Source: an archaeon
GTDB lineage: Archaea; Iainarchaeota; Iainarchaeia; Iainarchaeales; 1-14-0-10-31-34
NCBI GenBank assembly: GCA_024277355.1
Contig: JAJRVL010000009.1
Location: 1 to 32,000, forward strand
Length of the DNA: 32,000 nt
Reading direction: 5' to 3'
This document shows, in pieces, positions 9,719 through 18,988 of the stretch. The position numbers and the translations under genes are program-made. How positions within the stretch are numbered: the first letter of the stretch is position 1; every line of letters starts with the position of its first letter. The notes beneath the pieces are model-generated. The model did not search any database. It was not told the DNA's origin and was given only the letters and a program-made list of their open reading frames with translations.

Positions 9719-9988
9719 CTATAAGATTTCCATATCAGCATTTTCAAATTTTTTGAGTCTTTCTTTTAATGAATCAACTTTTTGTTCCTGTTTCATTAGT
9801 ATGCTTGTTGCAGGAGACGCCTGAACTGAAACTGAATTCCCGTTTTTTTTGCTTACAACAAAAGAATTAATTACATCAATTGAATCTTCTTTCATTGTTC
9901 CAGTGTATCTGCATTTTTTGCATTGCATTCCATTATCAGTATACTGCAATTGAATTGAACCACATTCAGGACAATATTTCATTTTCAT
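9719..9988 (-). CDS. Small zinc-ribbon protein resembling the N-terminal ribbon of RpoM/TFS
   Basis: MKMKYCPECGSIQLQYTDNGMQCKKCRYTG followed by a short helical tail; only one zinc ribbon. Confidence 0.6.
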   Translation of the reverse strand: MKMKYCPECGSIQLQYTDNGMQCKKCRYTGTMKEDSIDVINSFVVSKKNGNSVSVQASPATSILMKQEQKVDSLKERLKKFENADMEIL

Positions 9989-10074
9989 ATTTTTTCACAA
10001 CAAAAGCAATTGTATAAATAAACAGTTCATAGTATTTAAAGTTTACTCTTGTTTGCCTGAAAAAAGAAAAAAAA

Positions 10075-11025
10075 TTATTTTTTTAGTAAATCGCTTAAAC
10101 CAAATCTTTTTCCATTTTTTTCATCTTCATCTTCTGCTTCTCTTTCAGCAAAAGAAAATTTCCTTTTATTTTCATTTATTGCTTTTTCTTTTAACACTTC
10201 TTCGAATACAGTGTCATCAGATTTTTTTATTTTATATAAATTAAATAATGCAAACAAAACCAATAATACAATCAAAAAAACCATTCCTTTCCATGCATTA
10301 TCAACAGAAAAAGAATAAAAGCCTGTAACAAAATTTTCTTCCTGTAAATTTTCAGGTTTTATTTCATTTAATTCTATTTGTTTTAGTTTTTCTTCTTCAA
10401 GTAATTTTTCTGCTTCTTCTTGTTTTTTGATTTCCTGTAATTCATTTAATGAATTTTCTAATGCAGTTATTTCTTCTTTTAAAACAGAAGTTTTTTCAAT
10501 TATGTTTTGTTCATTTGAATTCTCTATTTCATCTAATTTTTGTTTTTGTTCATTTAATTTGTCAATTAAATTTTTTATTATTAAATCAACATCCTGCGAA
10601 ACCTCTTTAGGAAGGTTTTGTATTGCAGTTATAGTGTCAATTGAATTAACTTCAATTTCTTTTTCATCAATAAAAGCATTTCCATTAAAAGTTTTTATTC
10701 TAAGTTTATGTGTTCCTTCTTGTATTCCAAAATAAGAAACAAATAAAGTTAATCCTGCATTATCTTCAGGAATTTTATCAAAAACAAACGCCTTTAACAC
10801 AAAATCCTGCTGTATTACAGGTTGTTTGTCATTATAAGCATTAACAATTAATAAATCATCAAAATAAACCTCTGTTTTAGTGAATTCATTTGATGAATCC
10901 AAATCAATACTAAAGCTCCAGTTAATATTAGCAGGAATTTCTTGGGGAGCATTAATTTCTGCAGCTGAAACAACAGACAAAATCAAAATTAAAAACAAAA
11001 ATATTATTTTCTTCATTTTTTTCAC
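10075..11025 (-). CDS. Secreted/membrane-anchored protein with coiled coil and C-terminal TM
   Basis: Signal peptide (IIFLFLILILSVVSAAEIN), beta-rich ectodomain, long Glu/Lys coiled coil, TM (MVFLIVLLVLFALFNLY), charged cytoplasmic tail. Confidence 0.6.
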   Translation of the reverse strand: MKKMKKIIFLFLILILSVVSAAEINAPQEIPANINWSFSIDLDSSNEFTKTEVYFDDLLIVNAYNDKQPVIQQDFVLKAFVFDKIPEDNAGLTLFVSYFGIQEGTHKLRIKTFNGNAFIDEKEIEVNSIDTITAIQNLPKEVSQDVDLIIKNLIDKLNEQKQKLDEIENSNEQNIIEKTSVLKEEITALENSLNELQEIKKQEEAEKLLEEEKLKQIELNEIKPENLQEENFVTGFYSFSVDNAWKGMVFLIVLLVLFALFNLYKIKKSDDTVFEEVLKEKAINENKRKFSFAEREAEDEDEKNGKRFGLSDLLKK

Positions 11026-11106
11026 TGAAATAATGTTGTTTTTATTGCTTATTAATTCTTTTGTTTTCTGTTTCCTTATTTAAATTTTTAGGCTTTTTTT
11101 TATTAC

Positions 11107-11562
11107 ATGAAAGCTTTAATTTCTTTTGTTAATTCAGCTGAAACAAAAAAGTTAACTGAAACCATAAAAGAAGAATTACAGGAAAAAAATTATTCAGTTC
11201 AGTTATCTGAAATAATCAAACAAAAAAAACAACCTAAATCAAATAAAGGAAAACCAGCTAAACTAAAATCAGGAATAACTGACTGGAAGCCTTTTGATTT
11301 AATTGTTTTAGGTTTTCCTGTTATTGGAATTTCTTCTTCTCATTTAATGAATGACTACTTAAAACAATGCATTAACATAAAAGGAAAACAAGCAGCAATA
11401 TTTATTGCTTGTATTGGACTGCATGGAAATGCCTTAAAAAAAGCTTCTTCAATTGTTTCTTTTCACGGCGGAAAAGTAAAAGATTCAATTATTATTTCTT
11501 CTTTTTTAGGTTTAAACGAAAAAAAAATTCAGCAAGCAAAAAATTTTGCTTTAAAACTCTAA
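11107..11562 (+). CDS. Flavodoxin-like protein
   Basis: DWKPFDLIVLGFPVIGISSSHLMNDYLKQCINIKGKQAAIFIACIGLHGNALKKASSIVSFHGGKV is consistent with a flavodoxin-type fold. Confidence 0.5.
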   Translation: MKALISFVNSAETKKLTETIKEELQEKNYSVQLSEIIKQKKQPKSNKGKPAKLKSGITDWKPFDLIVLGFPVIGISSSHLMNDYLKQCINIKGKQAAIFIACIGLHGNALKKASSIVSFHGGKVKDSIIISSFLGLNEKKIQQAKNFALKL

Positions 11563-11668
11563 ATAAAAAAGCAAGATTTAAATACTTCTTTTATGTTTTA
11601 TTTACATAAGGGGATTTTGCATTAATTTATTCGGAAACGAAATAAATGGCAACAACAAAACTAATTTA

Positions 11669-12109
11669 ATGCATTTATATACTTTCAATGAACTCAATAA
11701 AATGCATTTTTCAGGAAACTTAAATATTAAAAAAATTCAACCAGAACAAACAGTTTTAATTCACTCAAAAAAAAATTTTTTGTTATCTAATGAAGGAAGA
11801 TTTGATTTTTTAGTTGAAACAAAAACAAACAAACTAATCGGAATGGAAGTTTTAACTAGACCTTCAAAAGGCAAAATGAAAAATAAATTACGTTATGCAA
11901 AAGAAGCAGATGAATTTATTTTTGTTCTGCCGTTTAATGCAATGGAATTTTACAGGAAACAAAAAAAAATTTTCCACAAAAAAGCTAAACTAAAATTCTT
12001 TGGCAAAGAATTCTCAGACAAAAACCTGTTTGTCTGGCTTTTAGATTTAAAAAATGGGATTTTTACAGAAAAAAATACTTTTAATAAAGTATTTAATGTT
12101 AAAGCATAG
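11669..12109 (+). CDS. Hypothetical protein, weakly resembling restriction-endonuclease-like fold proteins
   Basis: FDFLVETKTNKLIGMEV...K spacing is loosely PD-(D/E)xK-like; not diagnostic. Confidence 0.3.
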   Translation: MHLYTFNELNKMHFSGNLNIKKIQPEQTVLIHSKKNFLLSNEGRFDFLVETKTNKLIGMEVLTRPSKGKMKNKLRYAKEADEFIFVLPFNAMEFYRKQKKIFHKKAKLKFFGKEFSDKNLFVWLLDLKNGIFTEKNTFNKVFNVKA

Positions 12110-12151
12110 TGGCGTGTTTTTAAATTTTTTTGCTGACTTTTTATTAATCAA

Positions 12152-12339
12152 GGGCCTGTAGCCTAGTGGATAAGGCATCAGCCTTCTAAACTTTTTTCGC
12201 AAAAAAGTTTAATCAAAAAAACCTTTTTCAAAAAAAGGTTTATCAAAAACGTTTTTGCTTTGCAAAAACTATTGATTTTTTTTGGTTTGGAAATAGTTAA
12301 GATAGCTGAGGATCGTGGGTTCGAATCCTCCCAGGCCCG
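12152..12339 (+). tRNA. tRNA-Arg(TCT) with ~115-nt intron (about 12189-12303) at canonical position 37/38
   Basis: Acceptor GGGCCTG/CAGGCCC, D arm GCC..GGC, anticodon stem TCAGC/GCTGA, loop CTTCTA|A. Intron ends allow a relaxed bulge-helix-bulge. One T-stem mismatch. Confidence 0.85.
12188..12269 (+). repeat. Three chained AT-rich hairpins inside the tRNA-Arg intron
   Basis: AAACTTTTTT-CGC-AAAAAAGTTT, AAACCTTTTT...AAAAAGGTTT, GTTTTTGC-TTT-GCAAAAAC. Confidence 0.85.
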
Positions 12340-12440
12340 TAAACTTTTAAGAAAATAAGATTTTTGATTGAGTTTGCATTTTGACAGCATGACTGAATGA
12401 AATGAAGTCGTGCATCGTTGTGTCGCGGGCGAAACCGGGA

Positions 12441-14285
12441 TCATTTTTCTTTCATTTTAGGATAAATTAAACTAAAGACAATCATTAATACTGCAGGAAC
12501 AACTAATAAAAGTACTTGAGGTAAAAGGAAAAATAAAGGTGTGCCTCTAACTAAAATTGCAGTAATTAATTCTGTTGCAATAGTTAAAGGCAGTATTTCA
12601 CTTATTACTTTTATAAACGGCGGCATAAAAGAAGTAGGCAAAATCATTCCACTCAAAAAAATTAATGGAACAATAATAAGCAAAGATGAAAGTATTGCAG
12701 TTGATTGTGTTTTAGTAAAGTTAGTTAAAAAAATTCCCATTGAAATAAAACTAAAAGAAATTAAAATTAAAACAAAAAATAATTCAATTAAATTTCCTAA
12801 AGGAACTACTCCAAAGCCAACAAAAGCTACAACTAAAATTATTATTGCTTCAATTAAAGCAAAAATCATTTGACCTAAAATTTTTCCTGAAATCCAGGTA
12901 ATACGTAAAGTTGGAGATAATTTTGCTCTTAATTCTGCTCCCTGGTTTTTTTCTAATATAACTGAAATACTAGTCAACAATAAACAAGTTAAAAGCAACA
13001 CTATTGCTATTGCAATTGGAGTTAAAACTGAAACTTCAGTTGATTCATATAATGGTTCTTTTGTTATAGTTAAAGGTCTTACAACTGTTTCAGGAGACAA
13101 AGAACTTAAATTATCTAATTTAGATGAAAGCAACTGCATTTGCTGTTTTGTTTCAGTTAAATCATTTAAAACTGATTCCCTTGATTTTTTTGCTTCAGTT
13201 AACATTAATTTAATTTGATTTAAAGTATTCTGCATTGAATTAACAGTATATTTAAATGACTGAATACTTGAGTTAGCTGAATTTAATTGTATGTCAACTT
13301 CATTTAATTTATTTAAAGTCTGATTTAATTTATTGTTTGTTTCATCTAAGTCAATTAATGCCTGATCTAATTCATTAATTGAAGTGTTTAATTCATTTAT
13401 TACATCAGTTAATTGGTTTTCAATTGGAATTAATTGGGAAGCTATTTCTTCAGGCGAAGAATTTCTAATTGAAGTAATCTGATTTCTTAATGAAGTTAAT
13501 TCATCTCTGTAATAAACTAAATTATTTCTTGTATTTTGTATTTTTGTTCTGTAACCTGAAAGTTTTGATTGCGCTGAATAAATTTCATTTCTTGTATCAC
13601 TAATATCGTTTTTTGCCTGAATATAATATGAATCAAATTCGTTTAGTTGGTTTTGCATTGAAGTTAAGTCAATTTGATTTAATTGGTTTTCTAAATTATT
13701 TAAAGTGAAATAAGATGAATTAAGTTTGTCAATAAAACTATCAATTGTTTTTATTTCTTCTTTTACTGTGCTTTTAATTGACTCTAAATTAGATAAAATT
13801 CCTTTTAAGGTTTCAGTTGCTTTTTTGTGGCTTACTTCACTTAAAATTGTTTGAGTTACAAACAAAGTAACTTGTGTTTCTAATAGGGATGAATTATCAA
13901 ATAAAATTATTGTATCAATTCCAGAATAACTGTTTTTTGGTTCTTTAATTATTATTCCTATTTTTGTTTTTCTTTTTTCTATTGACTGTTTTACTTGTTC
14001 TTCAGAAGAATATCTTACTAAGCGTATTGCTTTATATGAATCTAATTCTGTTAGAAGTCCTTCAATTTCTCCTCCAAAAATAGTTGAATTATTATCATTA
14101 TTATTTGGAATATAAACTGCTACATCCATTTCTGAAAAACCTGTTCCAGTAAAAATATTTACGTTTCCAAAAGCAACTCCAATAGCTAAAATAGTTATAA
14201 TTGGAAAAAATAAAATTAAAAGCATTGAAATTTTCTGTGTTTTAATTAACTTTAATTCTTTTGCTGCAATTTTCAGTAATTTCAT
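12441..14285 (-). CDS. ABC-2 type transporter permease with long extracytoplasmic coiled coil
   Basis: N-terminal TM, ~300-aa helical coiled-coil insert, then C-terminal multi-TM block (ISGKILGQMIFALIEAIIILVVAFVGF...IFLSGMILPTSFMPPFIK). Confidence 0.8.
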   Translation of the reverse strand: MKLLKIAAKELKLIKTQKISMLLILFFPIITILAIGVAFGNVNIFTGTGFSEMDVAVYIPNNNDNNSTIFGGEIEGLLTELDSYKAIRLVRYSSEEQVKQSIEKRKTKIGIIIKEPKNSYSGIDTIILFDNSSLLETQVTLFVTQTILSEVSHKKATETLKGILSNLESIKSTVKEEIKTIDSFIDKLNSSYFTLNNLENQLNQIDLTSMQNQLNEFDSYYIQAKNDISDTRNEIYSAQSKLSGYRTKIQNTRNNLVYYRDELTSLRNQITSIRNSSPEEIASQLIPIENQLTDVINELNTSINELDQALIDLDETNNKLNQTLNKLNEVDIQLNSANSSIQSFKYTVNSMQNTLNQIKLMLTEAKKSRESVLNDLTETKQQMQLLSSKLDNLSSLSPETVVRPLTITKEPLYESTEVSVLTPIAIAIVLLLTCLLLTSISVILEKNQGAELRAKLSPTLRITWISGKILGQMIFALIEAIIILVVAFVGFGVVPLGNLIELFFVLILISFSFISMGIFLTNFTKTQSTAILSSLLIIVPLIFLSGMILPTSFMPPFIKVISEILPLTIATELITAILVRGTPLFFLLPQVLLLVVPAVLMIVFSLIYPKMKEK

Positions 14286-14335
14286 TTTGATTCCTTTTTT
14301 TTTGTTTTTGATAAACCTTTTTTTGAAAAAGGTTT

Positions 14336-15301
14336 TTATGATTCCTCTTTTTGCACGTTTTTTATTCCTTCAGCTTTTTTTCCAGTTAAATTCAAAAAAA
14401 CATTTTCTAAGTCTGGTTCTTTTATTGTGGTTTTTGTTACTGCAAAATTATTTGCTTTAACTATTAAACTTATTTTAGATAAAGCAGTTATTTCATTTTT
14501 TCCAATAAAAGAAAAATTTACTATTTGTTTATTAATGTAAACTTTTCCAAAAGCCTTATTTAATTCTTCTTCAAGTTTTTTTGTTGCAGGTTTATCTAAT
14601 TCAAAAACAAAATTTTTTTCTCCGCCAAACTTGTCAATTAATTTTCCAGGAGAATCACATACAAAAATTTTTCCTTCTAAAATTAATGCAATTCTATTGC
14701 ATAGTTCTTGTGCTTCATCCATATAATGAGTTGTAATAAACAAAGTTTTTCCTTTGCTTTTTAATTCCCTTAATTTTTTCCATAATAATCTTCTCATGTC
14801 AGGATCTAATCCTACAGTTGGTTCATCTAAAAAAATAAATGAAGGATTATAAATCAAAGAACAAGCAATATTCAGCATTCTTCTGTATCCTCCTGATAAA
14901 TTTTCTGCTTTTCTTTTTCTAAAATAACTTAAGTTAAGCCATTCCAATAAAAAATCAGTTCTTTGCTTTAATTCTTTTCCTTTTATGCCGTATAATGAAC
15001 CAAAAAAAACAAGGTTTTCTTCAACAGAAAAAAAACGATAAAATGATTCTTCTTGCGGAATAAAAGCAACATGTTTCCTTAATTCCATTTCTTTTGGCTT
15101 GAATTTCCCAAAAAATTTTGCTTTTCCTGCATCCTGTAAAGCTAATCCATTTAATATTTTCATTAAAGTGCTTTTGCCGGCTCCATTCGGTCCTAACAAA
15201 CCAAATATTTCACTTTTATTTACTTCAAGGTTTACATCCCTTAAAACTTTCTGTTTTCCGTAAGCTTTAGAAATATTCTCTGTTTTCAATGCTATTGACA
15301 T
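14336..15301 (-). CDS. ABC transporter ATP-binding protein
   Basis: Walker A GLLGPNGAGKSTL, LSGGYRRMLNIACSL, Walker B FIFLDEPTVGLDP. Start preferably ATG ending at 15301 (MSIALKTENISKAYG) rather than 15343. Confidence 0.95.
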   Translation of the reverse strand: MSIALKTENISKAYGKQKVLRDVNLEVNKSEIFGLLGPNGAGKSTLMKILNGLALQDAGKAKFFGKFKPKEMELRKHVAFIPQEESFYRFFSVEENLVFFGSLYGIKGKELKQRTDFLLEWLNLSYFRKRKAENLSGGYRRMLNIACSLIYNPSFIFLDEPTVGLDPDMRRLLWKKLRELKSKGKTLFITTHYMDEAQELCNRIALILEGKIFVCDSPGKLIDKFGGEKNFVFELDKPATKKLEEELNKAFGKVYINKQIVNFSFIGKNEITALSKISLIVKANNFAVTKTTIKEPDLENVFLNLTGKKAEGIKNVQKEES

Positions 15302-15359
15302 GCTATTAATACTCAAAGCAACTATAAAAAACTTTTCAGACAAAAATATTTAGGTTTAA

Positions 15360-17056
15360 ATGAATTCAAAAAAAATTCTTTCAAATGAATTAACTAAAAT
15401 AATTAATTCTCCTGAAATAACACTAAAAAAATTACAGGAATTAATTGAAATTCCTCCTGCAAAAGAATTAGGGGATTATTCTTTACCTTGCTTTAAGTTA
15501 ACTAAAGCATTAAAAAAAAATCCCCAAGAAATTGCATTATTTTTAAAAGAAAAATTAATTAAAATTCCTTTAATTGATTCAATTGAAACAAAAGGCCCTT
15601 ACCTTAATTTTTTCTTAAATCATTCTTTTATTGCAAACAAATTAATTCCAGAAATATTAAAGAAAAAAGATTTATTTGGAAAACAAAAAAATTTAAATAA
15701 AAAAGTAATGATTGAATATTCTTCTCCTAACACAAACAAGCCTTTGCATATAGGTCATTTAAGAAATGATTCAATTGGAATGAGTTTAAATAATTTATTT
15801 GAATTTAATGGATTTAAATGCATTAAATCAATTTTAATTAATGACCGAGGAGTGCATATTTCAAAATCAATGTTAGCTTACCAAAAATTTGGTAAAGGAA
15901 AAAAACCACAAAAAAAATCAGATCATTTTGTTGGAGATTATTATGTTTTATTTAATCAAAAAGCAAAAGATAATCCTGAATTAGAAAAACAAGCTTTAGA
16001 GTTGCTTGCAAAATGGGAAAAAAAAGACAAAGACACTTTAAGTTTATGGAAAAAAATGAATGACTGGAGTATTAAAGGATTATTCCAGACATACAAAAAA
16101 TTTGGTTCTGAATTTAATGTAATATACAAAGAATCAGATTATTTTAATAAAGGAAAAAAAATAATTGAATCAGGACTCCAAAAAAAAGTTTTTGAAAAAG
16201 ATAAAGAACAAAACATTATTGTTGACTTAGAAAAATTTAATTTAGGAAAAAAAGTTGTTTTAAGAGCAGATGGAACTTCAATTTATTTCACTAATGACTT
16301 AATTTTGTCAGTAGAAAAATTTAAACATAAATTAGAAAAAAATTTATGGGTTGTTGGTTCAGAACGAAACTTTTATTTTAAACAATTATTTAAAACTTTA
16401 GAATTACTTGGATTTGAATGGATAAATAAATGCAAACATTACAGTTATGGAATGGTTTATTTGCCTGAAGGGAAAATGAAGTCAAGAGAAGGAAAAGTAG
16501 TTGATGCAGACAATTTAATTGAAGAATTAACTGAAATGGCTAAAAAAGAATTAAAGAAAAGAAATTCTTCTTTATCAGAAAAAGAATTAAATAAGAGAGC
16601 TGAAGTAATCGGCATTGGAGCAATAAAATTCTTTTTATTAAAAGTTGATGCAGTAAAAGATATTCATTTTAATCCTGAAGAAAGCATTTCTTTTGAAGGA
16701 GAAACTTCTGCTTTTATTCAGTATTCTTATGCAAGATGCAAAAGTATTTTAAAAAAATCAAAAAAATCAGGAAACCCTGTTTTTAGTAATTTAACTGAAG
16801 AAGAAAAAAACTTAATTTCAAAACTTTCTTTGTTTGAAGAAAAAGTTATTCTTGCATTTAATCTGTTGTCCCCTCATATCTTGTGTCATTATTTACTTGA
16901 TTTAACCAGTTCATTTAATTCTTTTTATCAGAACTGCAAAGTATTAAATGAAGAAAAAAATTAATGAATTCAAGATTAGCTTTAGTTGAAAGCACTTCAG
17001 TTATTTTAAATAATGGATTAAATTTACTTGGAATTAAAACTTTAAATGAAATGTGA
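15360..17056 (+). CDS. argS: Arginyl-tRNA synthetase, coding region split by an apparent -1 frameshift near 16954-16960
   Basis: PNTNKPLHIGHLRNDSIG, MKSREGKVVDADNL. Frame 3 stops at 16962-16964, but the overlapping frame continues NSRLALVESTSVILNNGLNLLGIKTLNEM*, the typical ArgRS C terminus, ending at 17056. Confidence 0.92.
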
Positions 17057-17061
17057 TTGTT

Positions 17062-18867
17062 ATGGCTAAAAAATTAAATTACAATGAAATGCTTGAAAAA
17101 TTACTTAAAAATTATTATTCTTATAACAGACAGGAATTAGGTTTATTTGAAAGAGCATTTAAAGTATCAAAAAAAAGAAAAATTTTTGAAAATGCATTAA
17201 AATTACTTAAAAAAGTTCCAATAGAAGATGAATTTGGTTCAGCTTTAATTACCAAAGCTTTTTGGTATTCAAAAGAAAAACACGCAAAACAAAAAAGGTT
17301 TTCAGGAGAACCTTTTTTTATTCATCCATATAAAACAGCTTTATATTTAACTGAACTTGAAATGGATGCTGCTTCAATTACAGCAGGTTTTTTGCATGAC
17401 GTAGTTGAAGACACTGATACTCCTTTAAGTGAAATAAGAAAAGAATTTGGAGGCGAAGTTGCTTCTCTTGTAAAAAGTTTAACTAAATTAAGACATTTTG
17501 TTGCAATAAGCAAAAGAAAAGAACATAATGTTGCATTACAAAAAATTTTGTTTGCAACAACAAAAGATTTAAGAGTAATAATAATTAAGTTAGCAGACAA
17601 ATACCATAATCTGCAAACTTTAAATCATCTTCCTCAGGAAAAACAAATTAGAATTGCAACTAATGCACTTGAATTTTATGTTCCTGTAGCAAAAAAACTT
17701 GGATTACATGAATTAGAAGATCTTTTTGAAAAAATTTGTTTTAAAACAATTAAACCAAAAATTCATTCAAAAATAAGAAAGAAAAAAAATGAAAGCATTA
17801 AAGCAAAAGAACCTGAAATTGATTTAATAATAAAAAAACTTGAACCAGAACTAAAAAAAGCAGAACTTAATGTTTCTTTCAGAAAATACAAAAGAACTGC
17901 TTACACTGTATTCAAAAAAATGACTCAAAATTTAAAGTCTTTTAATGAAATTCAGGACTGCATTGTATTAATTGCTTTAACTGAAACAAGAGAACAATGT
18001 TATGAATTACTTGGATTACTGCATAACATGTTTTCTCCTATTCCCTTAAAATTCAGAGATCATATTGCTATTTCTCAGTTTCCTTTATATCAGTCAATTC
18101 ACACTACAGTAATTGGCCCAAAACACACTCCAGTTAAAATTTATATTAGAACAAAAAAAATGGATGCTTTAGTTAAACACGGAGTAACAGAACTGCTTAG
18201 AAGAACTAAAACAGAAAATGATGTTTTCACAGAAAACATTTCTTTTTTAAATAAATTAATGTCAATTAAACTTGATGACCTTGAATCAGAACATTTTATT
18301 GATTTGCTTAAATCTGATTACCTTCAGGACAGAATTATTGTTTTTACGCCTAATGGAAATTTAATTGATTTGCCTAAAGGAGCTTCAGTAATTGATTTTG
18401 CTTATGCAGTTAATGAAAAAAAAGCAGCTAAAGCAAGAAAAGCAAGAGTTAATGGAAAATTAGTTCCTTTATGGCATAAATTAAGCAATGGAAATTTAGT
18501 TGAAGTTGTTGCAGGAAAAAAAATTCAGGTTTCAAAAGTATGGCAAAATTTTGCTATTTCAGTTAAAGCAAGAGAAGAAATAGAAAAATATTTAAAGAAA
18601 AAAAGAATAGTAAAAGAAAAAATGCCTTTTGTTAATTTAGAATTCAAGGCAATAGACAGAATTGGCTTATTAAATGATTTCACTGAAGCTTTTGTTTCAG
18701 TTCAGGCAAATATTTTTTCTGCTGAATTAAGAACAAATGATAAAAGCGGGTTAGGAATAAACTTTTTTACTTTAGAATTATCTGATCCAAAAAAACTTAA
18801 TGTTTTATTAAAAAAACTAAAAAAAATTAAAGGAGTAATAGAAATAAAATCAAATTTTATAGAATGA
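17062..18867 (+). CDS. Long RelA/SpoT homolog (HD + synthetase-like + TGS + ACT domains)
   Basis: HPYKTALYL, AGFLHDVVEDT, KLADKYHNLQTL (HD). SFRKYKRTAYTVFKKM...FRDHIAISQFPLYQSIHTTV (synthetase-like). ITP.G..IDLPKGASVIDFAYAVN (TGS). C-terminal ACT. ATG 17062 preferred over GTG 17053. Confidence 0.88.
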   Translation: MAKKLNYNEMLEKLLKNYYSYNRQELGLFERAFKVSKKRKIFENALKLLKKVPIEDEFGSALITKAFWYSKEKHAKQKRFSGEPFFIHPYKTALYLTELEMDAASITAGFLHDVVEDTDTPLSEIRKEFGGEVASLVKSLTKLRHFVAISKRKEHNVALQKILFATTKDLRVIIIKLADKYHNLQTLNHLPQEKQIRIATNALEFYVPVAKKLGLHELEDLFEKICFKTIKPKIHSKIRKKKNESIKAKEPEIDLIIKKLEPELKKAELNVSFRKYKRTAYTVFKKMTQNLKSFNEIQDCIVLIALTETREQCYELLGLLHNMFSPIPLKFRDHIAISQFPLYQSIHTTVIGPKHTPVKIYIRTKKMDALVKHGVTELLRRTKTENDVFTENISFLNKLMSIKLDDLESEHFIDLLKSDYLQDRIIVFTPNGNLIDLPKGASVIDFAYAVNEKKAAKARKARVNGKLVPLWHKLSNGNLVEVVAGKKIQVSKVWQNFAISVKAREEIEKYLKKKRIVKEKMPFVNLEFKAIDRIGLLNDFTEAFVSVQANIFSAELRTNDKSGLGINFFTLELSDPKKLNVLLKKLKKIKGVIEIKSNFIE

Positions 18868-18880
18868 CTAATTAGCTGTT

Positions 18881-18928
18881 AATCATTTTTTTTAAGGCTT
18901 CTATATCTTCTATTTTTCCTCTCGCCAT
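18881..18928 (-). repeat. Duplicated alaS 3'-terminal segment
   Basis: About 84% identical to 18998-19045. Minus strand reads MARGKIEDIEALKKMINS* versus the alaS end IARGKIENKDALKEIIKN*. Confidence 0.8.
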
Positions 18929-18980
18929 CAAACTTTTTCAGAAAAAGTTTGAACAAAAACGGTTTTCGCTATGCGAAAAC
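18929..18980. repeat. Two chained AT-rich hairpins between the duplicated alaS ends
   Basis: CAAACTTTTTCAGAAAAAGTTTG and GTTTTCGCTATGCGAAAAC. Confidence 0.85.
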
Positions 18981-18988
18981 TATTGAAA

